32,429 bases of DNA from Octopus bimaculoides (taxonomy: Eukaryota): contig NC_068991.1 in the NCBI RefSeq assembly GCF_001194135.2, forward strand, positions 22,777,366 to 22,809,794, read 5' to 3'. The notes under the pieces were generated by a model. That model was not told the origin of the DNA and did not search any database. It worked only from the letters and a program-made list of their open reading frames with translations. How positions within the stretch are numbered: position 1 is the stretch's first letter; every line of letters starts with the position of its first letter. This document shows, one piece after another, positions 20,812-32,429 of this stretch. The position numbers and the translations under genes are program-made.

Positions 20812-21142
20812 CCTAGTCTTGCAGGCTTGTGGGTGCTGGTGTCACATAAAAGCACCTGTACCAGTGCCACATAAAAGTGCCCATGTTTGTGCCACATGAA
20901 AGTGCCTGTACTGGTGTGGCATAAAAGTGCCAGTGCTGGTTTGCATGTTTAAAGTAACCAGTATACTCTGTAAAATGGTTGGCATTAGGAAGGGCAACCA
21001 GCCATAGAAACGATGCCAAAACATACAAAGTCTGGGTAGTTCTCCAGCAGGCCAGCTCCTGTCAAACTGTCCAACCCATACCAGCATGGAGAATGGACTT
21101 TAAATGATGATGATGGTATGTGTGTGTGTGTGTGTGTGTGTG
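20812..21142 (+). mobile_element. SINE family C with internal tandem (gtgccacataaaa) repeats, (GAT)n tail and (TG)n
   Basis: Repeated ggtgtcacataaaagcacc/gtgccacataaaagtg units followed by ggttggcattaggaagggc...ccagcatggagaatggactttaaatgatgatgatg. Confidence 0.85.
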
Positions 21143-21939
21143 TAGTGTACATCTGTGATTATTTGTATGAAATTGCTGTGGACTGTGTTGTTAGTTGCTC
21201 TTGTCAACAAATCGTCCAATATTTTTGTTCCTTCAATCTTCATAGAATAAGGGATCTCTTACTTGAAAAACAGGTAAGGGTAGCACCGGGAAGGGCACCT
21301 GCCTGTAAAATGATGCCTCAAGTAATATATTCATCCAACCCATGCAAGTATAGAAAAATTAATGCAAAACCAACAAAAAATAATCATATATAATCTGTTC
21401 TTTTATGGTCTGGGAAATGTACCAAAGTTAGAAATGACTTCCCTCGTCGTGAAGACATAGACAAATTTCATAATTTCCTCTCTTTAAACTCCATTATAAC
21501 CATAATATTTTACCAAGTGTACCCCTATTCTAGATATTCTGCCTTATAAATTTGACAGAATGGTCATGGCTGGAATGCCTCTGGTCATGGGTGCATTCAA
21601 TTAAGACTGACGTGGAAGGACAATCGGGCCCCCGTGTCTGGGAGTGGGTATCCATTACAGCCTCTACTACAGTTGGCCATTGGATGTGGTCAGCAATCAT
21701 GAGGGACATGGTAAACTTGTTGGTCAGAGCCAACTCAACCCACCCTGGGTGAATCCACTTCCAAAAAAATTCAAGGTAATATTCAGAAAGTCCCACAGAC
21801 CACATTTTGCTCATGACTGCTCAACATGATAGTTTGTACTTACTAGAAACATCAACCTAATCTCCCTTAAATCACAACCTATCATCTTGGAGAAAAGAAC
21901 TGACACTGAATAGTGTAGTCGTACTAATATTAAAATGGG

Positions 21940-22155
21940 ATAAGGTGGTAAGCTGGCAGAATCGTTAGTATGCCGGGCAAAATGCTTAGCAGCATTTCGT
22001 CCGTCTTTATGTTGTGAGTTCAAATTCCACCGAGGTCAACTTTCCCTTTCATCCTTTTGGGGTTGATGAAATAAGTACTAGTTGAGGATTAGAGTTGGTG
22101 TAATCGACTTACCCCTTCCCCGAACTTGCTGGCCTTGTGCCAAACTTTGAAACCA
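21940..22155 (+). mobile_element. SINE family A
   Basis: ggtaagctggcagaatcgttagtatgccgggcaaaatgcttagc...gagttcaaattccaccgaggtcaactttccctttcatcc. Confidence 0.85.
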
Positions 22156-23944
22156 ATTTTAGAACGGGATGGTCAAGACTGAAATGCAGTGGGTCATACA
22201 TAGGTCTATTCAGTGAGGTTTGACATGGGCCAAAACAACAACTACTGCATTCATAGCTTTCAAAAACAGATCTGATGATGAAAAAACAAAAAAGTAAAAT
22301 GCCCAGACTAACATATTCCATTCCCATATAATAATAAACCACTGTAGTTTGGAGTACAAAGTATGGTCCTCCATCAGAAGACATGGTATCTCTACAATTA
22401 AGCATTATCTACGAATCACATCTTGTCATTTAAATTATTAAGATGCATTATAAGGGCTGCTTGATCATGATTGACCTGGGGATTTATCAGGAGCAACACT
22501 AATAAGAAAAAATATTGATTTCTTGTTTTTGTTTTCTATTGATTTCTTCCTATCAGCAGTACATATATTTTTGAACATTACTACATGAAAATGAAATATA
22601 TTAGCCCAGACAACTGGCACAAGGCCATAGATTTGTAAAGGAGGTATATAGTTGAGCAATTCTCAAAGTAATAAACATCAGTCCCATCCCAACCCATCCC
22701 CGAGAATATTAGTAAAATTATTTTACACCCCAACCTTTATTAATGCGAACATAAAATAGACTATGCATACATATAAATCTCTTTTATTTGTTGGACAGAT
22801 CTTAAAAGTTGGAAACCATATTACTTGTATTAAAGAATGATATGCCTGTCCTCTTTTTCCATTCTCATAGCCCCTATACACGTCCTGCTCTCTCAATGAG
22901 AAACATTGATACAGTAGTCTGAATTGATTCTCAGTGTATGTACAGTGACAAATGCCAAAACTAAATGTTGTAAAGTGTTTAGTTTGTAAAATACTGACAA
23001 AAGAAACAGGGAAGGTCATTAAGGAAGTCGTTATCATTTTGCTGGCAAGACAAATAAGCAGATCCCACTATTTTAAAAAGGGAACAATGAACAATATGGT
23101 CTAAGATGCATTATACCTGCAGCAGTGTATAACATTTGAAAATGTTCTGACAGTAAGAAGGATTTTAAAATTATTCACCTAATCTCCCTCAAATCACTTG
23201 CTGTGATTTGAAATGATACTTTGGATAGTCCAGAACATATGTGTGACAAAAAAAAATTATACTATCATAACAAAATTGCCATTGATCATCTATCTAGGTG
23301 AGACTAATTAACAGGAAAAGCCAACAAGGAAACTTCCAGAATATGGTTGTTTGATCTACATGGGATAAACTTGAAGTTAAACAACAGCAGTCACAGGAAA
23401 AAAAAAAAAATTAAACACAACCTGCAGTGGATCTAGTTCGTTTCATTCACAAAATTTGCATTTTTTAAAAGGAAGTAAAAAATCTGAAAATCAGTTATAT
23501 TGAAGCAGTTTTCCACACTTATTCCTGAACTTGTGGAGAAAAAATTTCCCAATAAAGTTCGATATTTAAAACTTGAAAAAACTGTATATTTTTAGCCAAT
23601 AGTGAGACAGAAGTTTTCTGCATTGTAGTGTTGTCAACTTAGTGGTATCAACTTTAAGGTTGTACCCTGTGAAATTTATAGCTTAGCATCTGTGAAACCG
23701 TTGAAACTCTGTTTATGTCCATCATGTGTTACACTGATTCTGTTCCAGAATTACATTAAGGCCACATATATCTATGGAATACTTGGCCAAATTACACTAT
23801 AATTAGATCCTGGACCTGTAATTAAAAGGCCTAGCCATGTCACACTGGGTTGTATTGATTCTACTTATGGTTTATGTTGTGGGTACATGTGTGCTCTGGT
23901 ATACTCAGCCAGTTATATGTTAATATAATATGTAACCATAAGAC

Positions 23945-24062
23945 TACAAGCTGACAGAATCATTAACACACTGGGCAAAATGCTTTACATTCTGAGTTTA
24001 AATTCCACCTAGGTTGACTTTGCCTTTTATCTTTTGAGGATTGATAAAATAAGTACCAGTTG
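23945..24062 (+). mobile_element. Decayed SINE family A
   Basis: aagctgacagaatcatta...ctgagtttaaattccacctaggttgactttgcc...gataaaataagtaccagttga. Confidence 0.75.
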
Positions 24063-26634
24063 AATGTGTAACCAGTAAAGTTGATCATACAACTGGAATG
24101 ATCATCCTAGAAACAAATGAAGATCCAGTTCCTTTAGTTTTTGTTTACTTATACACATCAGCAAAAGATCTAATGGGGTAATCACTGTGAGGTTGTTCAA
24201 TTTGCTAGAAATAACAGCCAAATCTCCCTCGCACTTTGCTCTAATATTTTTAAAATGAAGGACATATTAAATAATGTTGTTGTACATCTTCATTGAAAAT
24301 ACAGAATGGTTCATTCTGGCTTGACCTGGCATTCTGACAGGCATTTGTTGCAAACATTGCGAGTGTATCACTAGTACAAATTTCCATGAACCACTTTCTT
24401 ACTCATGTTGTGCCTAGATTTACAGCACCTCTTATTTTAGGGATAACACCCTTTGCTTGCAAATAATTTACTGCATCACTTCTGTTTTGAAAATCTTCCA
24501 AGTGGTACATTTAAATGGTTTGAACATGGATGCGACTATTTGAAGCAACAGAAAAACTTCACGAAATATATGTAAAATATAAATGAAAAATGTATGAAAA
24601 ACATGTAAAATATTAAGACAATTGACAAAAAATATCTACATTAAAATTCCAATTGATAAATATAAATTTTTATTAGAACAAAACACGTGGGTGAAGTGAA
24701 TCTCATGGTGTGAAGAATCAACACAACACAACATGCAGGTGAAGTGAAACACTACACAATGTGTGGTTGTCATGGTGGTAACAAGCTGTTAATGCTTCAC
24801 TGTCTGTTGATTGGCTAAAATTACCCAGATTTCCCAACTTTAATTCCAAATAACATCAGATTCTTTAATTTGCAAGATAAAGTAATTCAGAACTGCATCA
24901 ATACACCAAAATTTTAAACAGTCTGAGCAAAATTAAAGGGGGCTAATTTTGTGAATGATCCGATGCAGTGAATGATAGTCAGGAAATTCCAACTATCTCA
25001 AGAACAAAATAAATTTTATGTTTGGTAAATTTAAAAACATTTTTTCTTTTATTTCACCAACTTCTAAAGAGGCTCGATCTGCTAGAGATAACAGCCTATT
25101 TTTCATCAAATCACACACCATTAGCTTTAAAGAGCATTTTATTAGCACTTACTTCTTCTAAATAGTTTTCATACCACTGGATCATTTATCCAAATGGCAA
25201 ATTATATTATATGGTTAAAAGGCAAAAATAAATCTTCAGTGAAATTGTAATTTTTCAGCCATAACTGCCATAGTCTTGATTTTATGGTCATCCATTAAAT
25301 CTTTTCATTAACTGCACTTTCACAATTTCTTCCTTCTTAAATTTGGTTAGGTTATCATGCTTGTTTGTCTTTTAAGAATATTTCATTTTTGTACTGGCTG
25401 GGTGCCAAGATTACATCATGTCGGCTCATTTTTATTCAAAATTAGAAGTACACAAAAACAAGTACAAAAACACACGAAATCAATAATTTGGACTATTCCA
25501 TACATTTAAGCTATATGGATGTCTATATTTGTATATATGTGACTTTTGGATATATATGGTTATATAAAGGAAATACATAAATTATAAAAACCCCGATTGA
25601 CTGGAATATTCAGAAAAACACACTGGCTCGACTGTTACATATTTTCCAGTTTGAATTTTAAAAAATAAGTATAATATGCAGAAGGAGAAGGAAGGGCACT
25701 TATCAGAATCAACCCATGAAAAGGACATTATGTCATTCCTTCTTTGTTGACTCAAGGTAGCATGCTAGGTAGGTATTAATAACTTTTCTGGCGTCCTATG
25801 CCAGAGCCACAATGAAGTCCAAAGTCCAGTGGAGCAGGTAGAGATGTATCATATACCATCAAAGGTTTGCTACCTCTAATCGTCTCAGACCCCCTTGCTA
25901 TCTCAAAAGACCAAGGTATCTCAAAACGACCTACAAGTGTCCTTTAGATTATGGATCCTATATTGGCCTACATTGTCACATGCAAATCCACAGAAGTTAA
26001 ATCTAGTGGACAATCTTCTTTGGCTTTTATAGTCTTTTCCAGCACATCTCCCTCATTATCATCCGGGGCAATGCCTTTTCCATTTTGTCTGCTGGTGCCA
26101 TGAGATGTTTTTTATATTGTGAGAGGCAAGATTCTCTGATAGAATAGTGGGTCACAACAAAATGTGGATAGCTTATACATAATAGACTATCCTTTTATAG
26201 TCCAAAATTACCATTTGTTTCATGGCTGGACAACCACATGCGAAAATTGCTACTGTCGACCCAAACAAGTTACTGGACATTGCTCTTTAAACACCGAGAA
26301 GATTGCACAGTTGTTGATTTGGTACAAGCTCTCAAACTAGATGTTAATTGTATTGAATGGTGCACAAAATGCCAATTAATTCACAACAGTTGTGCATGCG
26401 AACGGCATGGAGAGCCTGTCCGACAAAGTTCACATAAGGAACATTGAACAGTTACCTCTTTTGTTTTTACTGATGACATGTGGCCTACATTACATGTTCG
26501 GAGGTATTAAATACGGAACGAAAAAGGGCTACTTCAAATTATCCATTCCTAATAGAAGTGATGAAACTTGACAGCTACTATTAACTGAAAGACTTGATGC
26601 CCCTGGCTTTTCTATCATATTTCAGATGGTTGAC

Positions 26635-27160
26635 ATTCATCTAAAAAAAAAAACACGTTAGAGTTTTTGCATGTATGTGTGAAATGAAGTAAAAGTATAA
26701 TATTTAGGCATTCTTTTGCCAATATCAAAACAAAAATATCTTTTTCCTACCTCTTAAAATCAATGGATATAAATAATCCCAGATTGCAAAATAAATTTGC
26801 AATTTTTGGAGCCGAAATGAGTTTCATTTGTGTGTGTATGTGTGTGGAGAGAGAGAGAGAGAGTGGGTGACAAGGTTTACCCAAACTTTGAATGATGATG
26901 ATGATATATAATGATATATGTAACTATGATATATTGTTACACCATTCTCTCTCTCTCTCCCCACACAAAAATGAAACTCATTTCGTCGCCAAAAATTGTA
27001 AATCTATTTTGCAATCTGGGATTATTTATATCCAGTGATTTTAAGAGGTAAGAAAAAGATATTTTTGTTTTTATATTGGCAAAAGAATGCCTTAATATTA
27101 TACTTTTACTTTGTTTCACACATACATGCAAAAACTCTAACGTGTTTATTTTAGATGAAT
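26635..27160. repeat. Long inverted repeat (foldback): arms 26635-26873 and 26934-27160, 60-nt spacer
   Basis: The right arm is the reverse complement of the left (attcatctaaaa..aacacgttagagtttttgcatgtatgtgtgaaa...gaaatgagtttcattt..gagagagag). By eye there are about a dozen substitutions plus microsatellite length differences. Confidence 0.95.
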
Positions 27161-27467
27161 TTATTGTTCGTTATCTCTCCACACTAACTTCTGCATTTTC
27201 ACTTATTCATTTCAAACTTCTTTGAATTTTCAATCTAATGTAATCCACGCTCTTTCAAAAACGTATTTCTGCAAAATGTTACCTAAAATTATGGGTAAAA
27301 AAAGAAATAGCAAAAAATATTTGAAAATGGGGTTGGGGGTGAAATTTCCGAGGGTTCCACCCCCGCCCCACCCCGTTTTCAGGACCCCAAAATGGGTTTT
27401 GTAGTATATTAGGCCACCAGAATTCATCCTAAAGCTAAAACCAGTACAAACGCACGAACAATGTCAT

Positions 27468-27967
27468 AAATAACAGTGACAAACGAAATATATACCGCCA
27501 ATAGTTGTTGTTGACAAACAACGGCAGTAATTTTATTGAAGGGAAAAGATCCCAAAATAGGCAATTTCGAAAAAGCTAAAACAAAACGAAAATACTTCTA
27601 CAAACAAAATAAACTGAAAATTTTTTTTAAATAACTAATAACTGAATTGATTAAACTATATACACGTGTATCTCAAATGTGAATATATCAGAAATAACAG
27701 TGACAAAGTAAATTTACACCGCCAGAACGTCTTGTTGACAAACCACAGCAGTAATTGCTTTCACCTCAATAGAGGTCATTGATTGGTTGAAATTACAGAA
27801 ATACGACAACTTTAACACGAAATAACTTCGAAAATAAAGGATTTTCTTAAAAACGCCAAGAGTAAATTATGTTTTAAATGACACATTCTACCAGTATATG
27901 AAATTTGAAAGTGTTTAGTTACAAAAAAATTATTTTTTCTATGTGCTGGCCAAAAGGAAAAGATCCC
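27468..27967. repeat. Two tandem related copies of a repeat terminus
   Basis: aaataacagtgacaaa...ccgcca...ttgttgacaaac..gcagtaatt at 27468-27532 and 27692-27756, each followed later by ggaaaagatccc (~27542 and ~27956). Confidence 0.65.
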
Positions 27968-29221
27968 ACACAGTTAATTGACACGTAGTTTATTCCATGC
28001 TTCGACAATTTGGAGTGTGAAAAAATGTTTCCGAAAGACATAGGTGCTACGGTGTTTTTTTAGATTTTTAAGCATGTCGACTGGACGAGTAGTAGAGATA
28101 TTATATTTCAAAAAATAGCCAATGTTTGTGCTTAATCTTGTGGGATTCTATTAAGTCAACTGCTAAACGTCAAAACTCATTTTTTTGTTCACACCTGATT
28201 TACAAGAAAATATCGAATAATTACGCTTATTTTACTTCAAATAAATAAATGAAATATTCTGGTATTACATATGAAAAATCTGAAATAATTTATATTGTTT
28301 TACCTCATAAAACAACTTTGTAGAACTAACAATTAACTGCAAAGTACCGCGATTTATCGGTCAACTACATTTTCCATTCTGTGACGTTCGAGACGTTTGG
28401 TAGGGTCGGACCACTGACGCGTCATTCCTGTCTCCACGGCAGCTCGCCTAGAAGAGGTAATTGGTGAAGCTCGTGAGGACGCTCGCTTGTTCCAGCCTCG
28501 CCATCATCCGCGGCTTCGCTACAAGCGTGCCTCAATAGTCATTAGAGAGGTTTCCCAGCGCCCCGTAATTTTCAATCTAAGGTGGTGAATTTCTTTTTTT
28601 TTTTTTCTTCCTTCTTCTCACTCATTAATATATATAAAAAGAAAATACCCTGTCGACAAGGTCATAGGGCAGCCGCAAAAACAAAGTTCGTATGTCAATA
28701 CCATTTCTTGAGTGCTGCCAACGATGCTGAGGTGTGTTGTACAATATATAGTTATTCGTAAAGAATAAAAAGTTTAGAATGGTACAACAATGCACTATAG
28801 AACAAAAAATTATAGTTATTCGTATTTGCATGGACAAATAATGAAGTCGTGCGCTCCAAAACAAACTTACACACACAAAAAGAAAAGAAAAAAAAAAGAT
28901 CAACGCACTCTGTAACAAACCTTAACATTGTTGTGCGTCCTGAAATTTGAACGCAACGAATTCCTCGTTAGAAATTAGTAACGTGTTCAGTGAAAGGAAA
29001 AGAGGTTTGTCCATTTAATTAGCCGTGTGAAATGGTGGCCGTGTCATAACCTCTTGTCAGCGCAGGGAAATTAATAACGGAAAATGTCACATTTACAGTA
29101 TCTCAATTTCAGGGTGGAGTGCCAGCTTATCAAGCAGCTTTATGTTAAGAGAAAGTAAGTTACATGGAGATATTTCTTCTTATGGTTATTACCATTGTTG
29201 TTATTTTTATTATTATTAAAA

Positions 29222-29665
29222 GCGGGGAGCTGGTACAATTGCTAGAGCATCGGAAAACTACTTTGCAGTATTTGTTCCGACTCTCTTCATTCTAGGTTCA
29301 AATACCGCCGATGTCAACATTGCCTTTCATCCTTTCGAGGCCGATAAGGTAAAGCACAAGTCTAGTACTGAGATCGATCTAATTGACTAAACCCCCACCC
29401 CTAAAAATTGCTGACCGTGCAAAAATTTGAAGCAGTCGTTATTATCATTAGACTAAGTCAGTGAGCTGGCAGAATCGTTATCGCGTCGGGCAAAATGCTT
29501 AGTGACATTTCTTCCACCTCTTCACTTCTAAGTTCAAATTCCGCCGAGGTCGACTATGCCTTTCAACCCTTTCGGGGTCGATAAAATAAATACCAGTTGT
29601 GTCCTGGAATCAATGTTATCGATTAACGCACTCCCCTTAAAATTGCTGGTCTTCTGTCAAAATTT
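29222..29665 (+). mobile_element. Two tandem SINE family A copies (~29222-29430 and ~29460-29665)
   Basis: Each has gagctgg..a..aatcgtt/..ggttcaaat.ccgccga.gtc.ac..tgcctttca.cc.ttcg.gg.cgataa. Confidence 0.8.
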
Positions 29666-30104
29666 TAAACATTTTAAAATAATTATTAGAATTGCTCCGG
29701 CTCTTTATGTTCCGATCTCGAAGCCAGTGTCAAATATATCGATTAACCCCTTCACCTCAAAATTGGGTTAATGTTTACAAATACACCGGCACGAAAAAAA
29801 TCGACTTTTTTTTTTTGAATTTTTTTTTTTTTTTTTTCAGCGGATTCTTATGTTTTCGATGACGGACATTCTGAATATGCCAAAAAACCATGTTTTCAAA
29901 GTTTTCAATTCCCCACTCCACATCCCAAATTTCAAAATTTTTACTTTTTTCGAATTTTTTTTTTTCCAGTCTACGTGGAAAAACATGGAGATTAAGAATA
30001 TGGAAAAAAGAAAATAATTAATTTCAAATTTTCTATGAGGAAACTCCAAAAGTGATTCATACACCCATCACTACCTCATCCCACTATCTAAAAGTGAAAA
30101 TGAA

Positions 30105-30916
30105 NNNNNNNNNNNNNNNNNNNNNNNNNNNNNNNNNNNNNNNNNNNNNNNNNNNNNNNNNNNNNNNNNNNNNNNNNNNNNNNNNNNNNNNNNNNNNNNN
30201 NNNNNNNNNNNNNNNNNNNNNNNNNNNNNNNNNNNNNNNNNNNNNNNNNNNNNNNNNNNNNNNNNNNNNNNNNNNNNNNNNNNNNNNNNNNNNNNNNNNN
30301 NNNNNNNNNNNNNNNNNNNNNNNNNNNNNNNNNNNNNNNNNNNNNNNNNNNNNNNNNNNNNNNNNNNNNNNNNNNNNNNNNNNNNNNNNNNNNNNNNNNN
30401 NNNNNNNNNNNNNNNNNNNNNNNNNNNNNNNNNNNNNNNNNNNNNNNNNNNNNNNNNNNNNNNNNNNNNNNNNNNNNNNNNNNNNNNNNNNNNNNNNNNN
30501 NNNNNNNNNNNNNNNNNNNNNNNNNNNNNNNNNNNNNNNNNNNNNNNNNNNNNNNNNNNNNNNNNNNNNNNNNNNNNNNNNNNNNNNNNNNNNNNNNNNN
30601 NNNNNNNNNNNNNNNNNNNNNNNNNNNNNNNNNNNNNNNNNNNNNNNNNNNNNNNNNNNNNNNNNNNNNNNNNNNNNNNNNNNNNNNNNNNNNNNNNNNN
30701 NNNNNNNNNNNNNNNNNNNNNNNNNNNNNNNNNNNNNNNNNNNNNNNNNNNNNNNNNNNNNNNNNNNNNNNNNNNNNNNNNNNNNNNNNNNNNNNNNNNN
30801 NNNNNNNNNNNNNNNNNNNNNNNNNNNNNNNNNNNNNNNNNNNNNNNNNNNNNNNNNNNNNNNNNNNNNNNNNNNNNNNNNNNNNNNNNNNNNNNNNNNN
30901 NNNNNNNNNNNNNNNN
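30105..30916. other. Assembly gap (812 N)
   Basis: N run. Confidence 1.
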
Positions 30917-32429
30917 TATAACTGGTGACCCCCGACGTGATAACGGAATTATCTCTCAAACAACTCGTAAAAAAAAATGAAGAGACGACGGGAAAAAAAC
31001 AACACAAGAGACGAGGGAATGGAACAATCCAACCAACTGCAACAGTTTTCTTACCCCGGAGGAAATACCATACAGCCTGGAAACTGAACCATCAACTATT
31101 ATGACACGCGCGTATTTCTCTCACCCACGTGTTTCCTTTCAACACCAATTGAGACCGAGAAAAGAACAAACGAATGAACAGTGATTTCCCTTTTCGCCTG
31201 ACTCCACATGGCTTGAAAAACAGAAAAAAAAACAAACAACGTTGCTTCCATCTATTGTCTTACAGGACAACACACAAAGAGAAAAAAAATACTACACACA
31301 AGCACATACATAAAAAATTTTGCCTGTATTGTTTTTTTCCTTGCAGCAGCGACGTAAGGTTGGTCAACGATAATTTTTTTTACAGACAGTACATAACAAC
31401 ACCTTCTGAGGTCTAGCCGCTGACCACAGAGCACACAGCAGTTCCAGCGACGACACGACAATAGCCTCATGGAGACCCCACACTTCGTCCAGCAGCTTAC
31501 GGACCTCCATCTTCTTAGGGTCAACACCAATTTCTTGCTACGTACACAGCAACCAACAGCACTCGCACAGGTTCTATCTCAACGCTGTTTGTGAACTATT
31601 TCACCATGGTTAACAGCGAATACAACCTGCGAGAACTCCTGTATCAAGTAACCGGCAGCAGCATTGAAGCCACAACCTCTCACGACATGTGCCTCTCCTC
31701 CGGCTCTATTACGCGGCCTCGACTTCTTGTTACAGCACCTCAACTACTGTGTACCTTAACTACGAACTGGTATTTACTATCCTTGTGTCTGGACTTTCTT
31801 CTAACGCCCTTATAGACTCTTTTCTATGCTCTGTATTACTTGCACACACATGCATCCATGTTTGTATACACTTACACTTTGTTTACATGACGGCCTGCCT
31901 ATTATTGTGTTTATATGTCACACTCACACAAACAGAAAAAAAAAGCAAACACCATTGTTTTTACGAACATTTTTCTCTCTCTCTCTCTCCTATGCACATA
32001 TGGTTCCACAATCTTTTCCAAGATTGATCTGGTTCGCGTTTAGTAGAAAGTGGGTTATACAGCTTTAGATTGTATACCTGACTTTCTACTATAAAATTAT
32101 AGAATATAACGGAACGCTGAACTCCAGACTATCAACTTAAACAACACTTTATTTAGGTGGTAAACATACATATCTTTAGTTCTTGTTACAGCTTCTGTGT
32201 GTATGAGCATAGTTGTTGGGACGTTGTTCTGTAGTTGTGAGCGAGCTGTCGAGTGTAAGTCCGAAAGATGTAGAGACAGCTTTAGCACACGTCCATGCTC
32301 AATCGCTGGCCAGCGAGAAAGAGAATGAATTGAGCGGGAAACGCTTGCTTGTTTAATTCCACGCATGTGCACGGCGTTACTACAGAGCTCCCTCGCCAGT
32401 GCGGAAACGCACGATAAATGAAATCTGTT

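Noticed and set aside
20813-20960. Regularly spaced short repeats superficially like a CRISPR array
   Set aside because: Eukaryotic DNA; the units are internal tandem repeats of SINE family C (also seen near 15780-15810) with no unique spacers.
21530-22405. ORFs of 61-98 aa on both strands
   Set aside because: No recognisable domain, overlap with SINE fragments, and no consistent splice-phase chain.
25960-26110. Minus-strand peptide containing PLDLT (CtBP-binding-like motif)
   Set aside because: The frame is closed by TAA upstream with no usable acceptor or start, and a 5-residue motif arises easily by chance.
27327-27395. G/C runs suggesting a G-quadruplex
   Set aside because: Only a marginal four-tract pattern (one run is GG), adjacent to repeat-derived sequence, with no other support.

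Overview
This is AT-rich eukaryotic genomic DNA with four N gaps. The SINE families and microsatellites match what I recognise from octopus (cephalopod) genomes, but this is recognition, not a search result. The one protein-coding gene I can support is a complete 10-exon SPATA17 (spermatogenesis-associated 17, three IQ motifs) on the + strand: join(1022..1092,3015..3104,3961..4042,6304..6354,8063..8166,8891..9046,10449..10578,13256..13404,13971..14100,14790..14828), 1002 nt, 333 aa. All introns are GT-AG and all phases are compatible. The rest is introns and intergenic DNA filled with at least four tRNA-related SINE families, hAT-type MITEs (one with a nested SINE), the 3' end of an RLE-type (R4/Dong-like) non-LTR retrotransposon, a ~525-bp foldback and microsatellites. 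CpG-rich segments at 1-1.0 kb and ~27.4-32.4 kb look like promoter regions. I found no convincing novel biological system. The best leads are a candidate mutually exclusive or poison exon in SPATA17, a possible 1-nt frameshift in its last exon, an X-box-like promoter motif, and the foldback.
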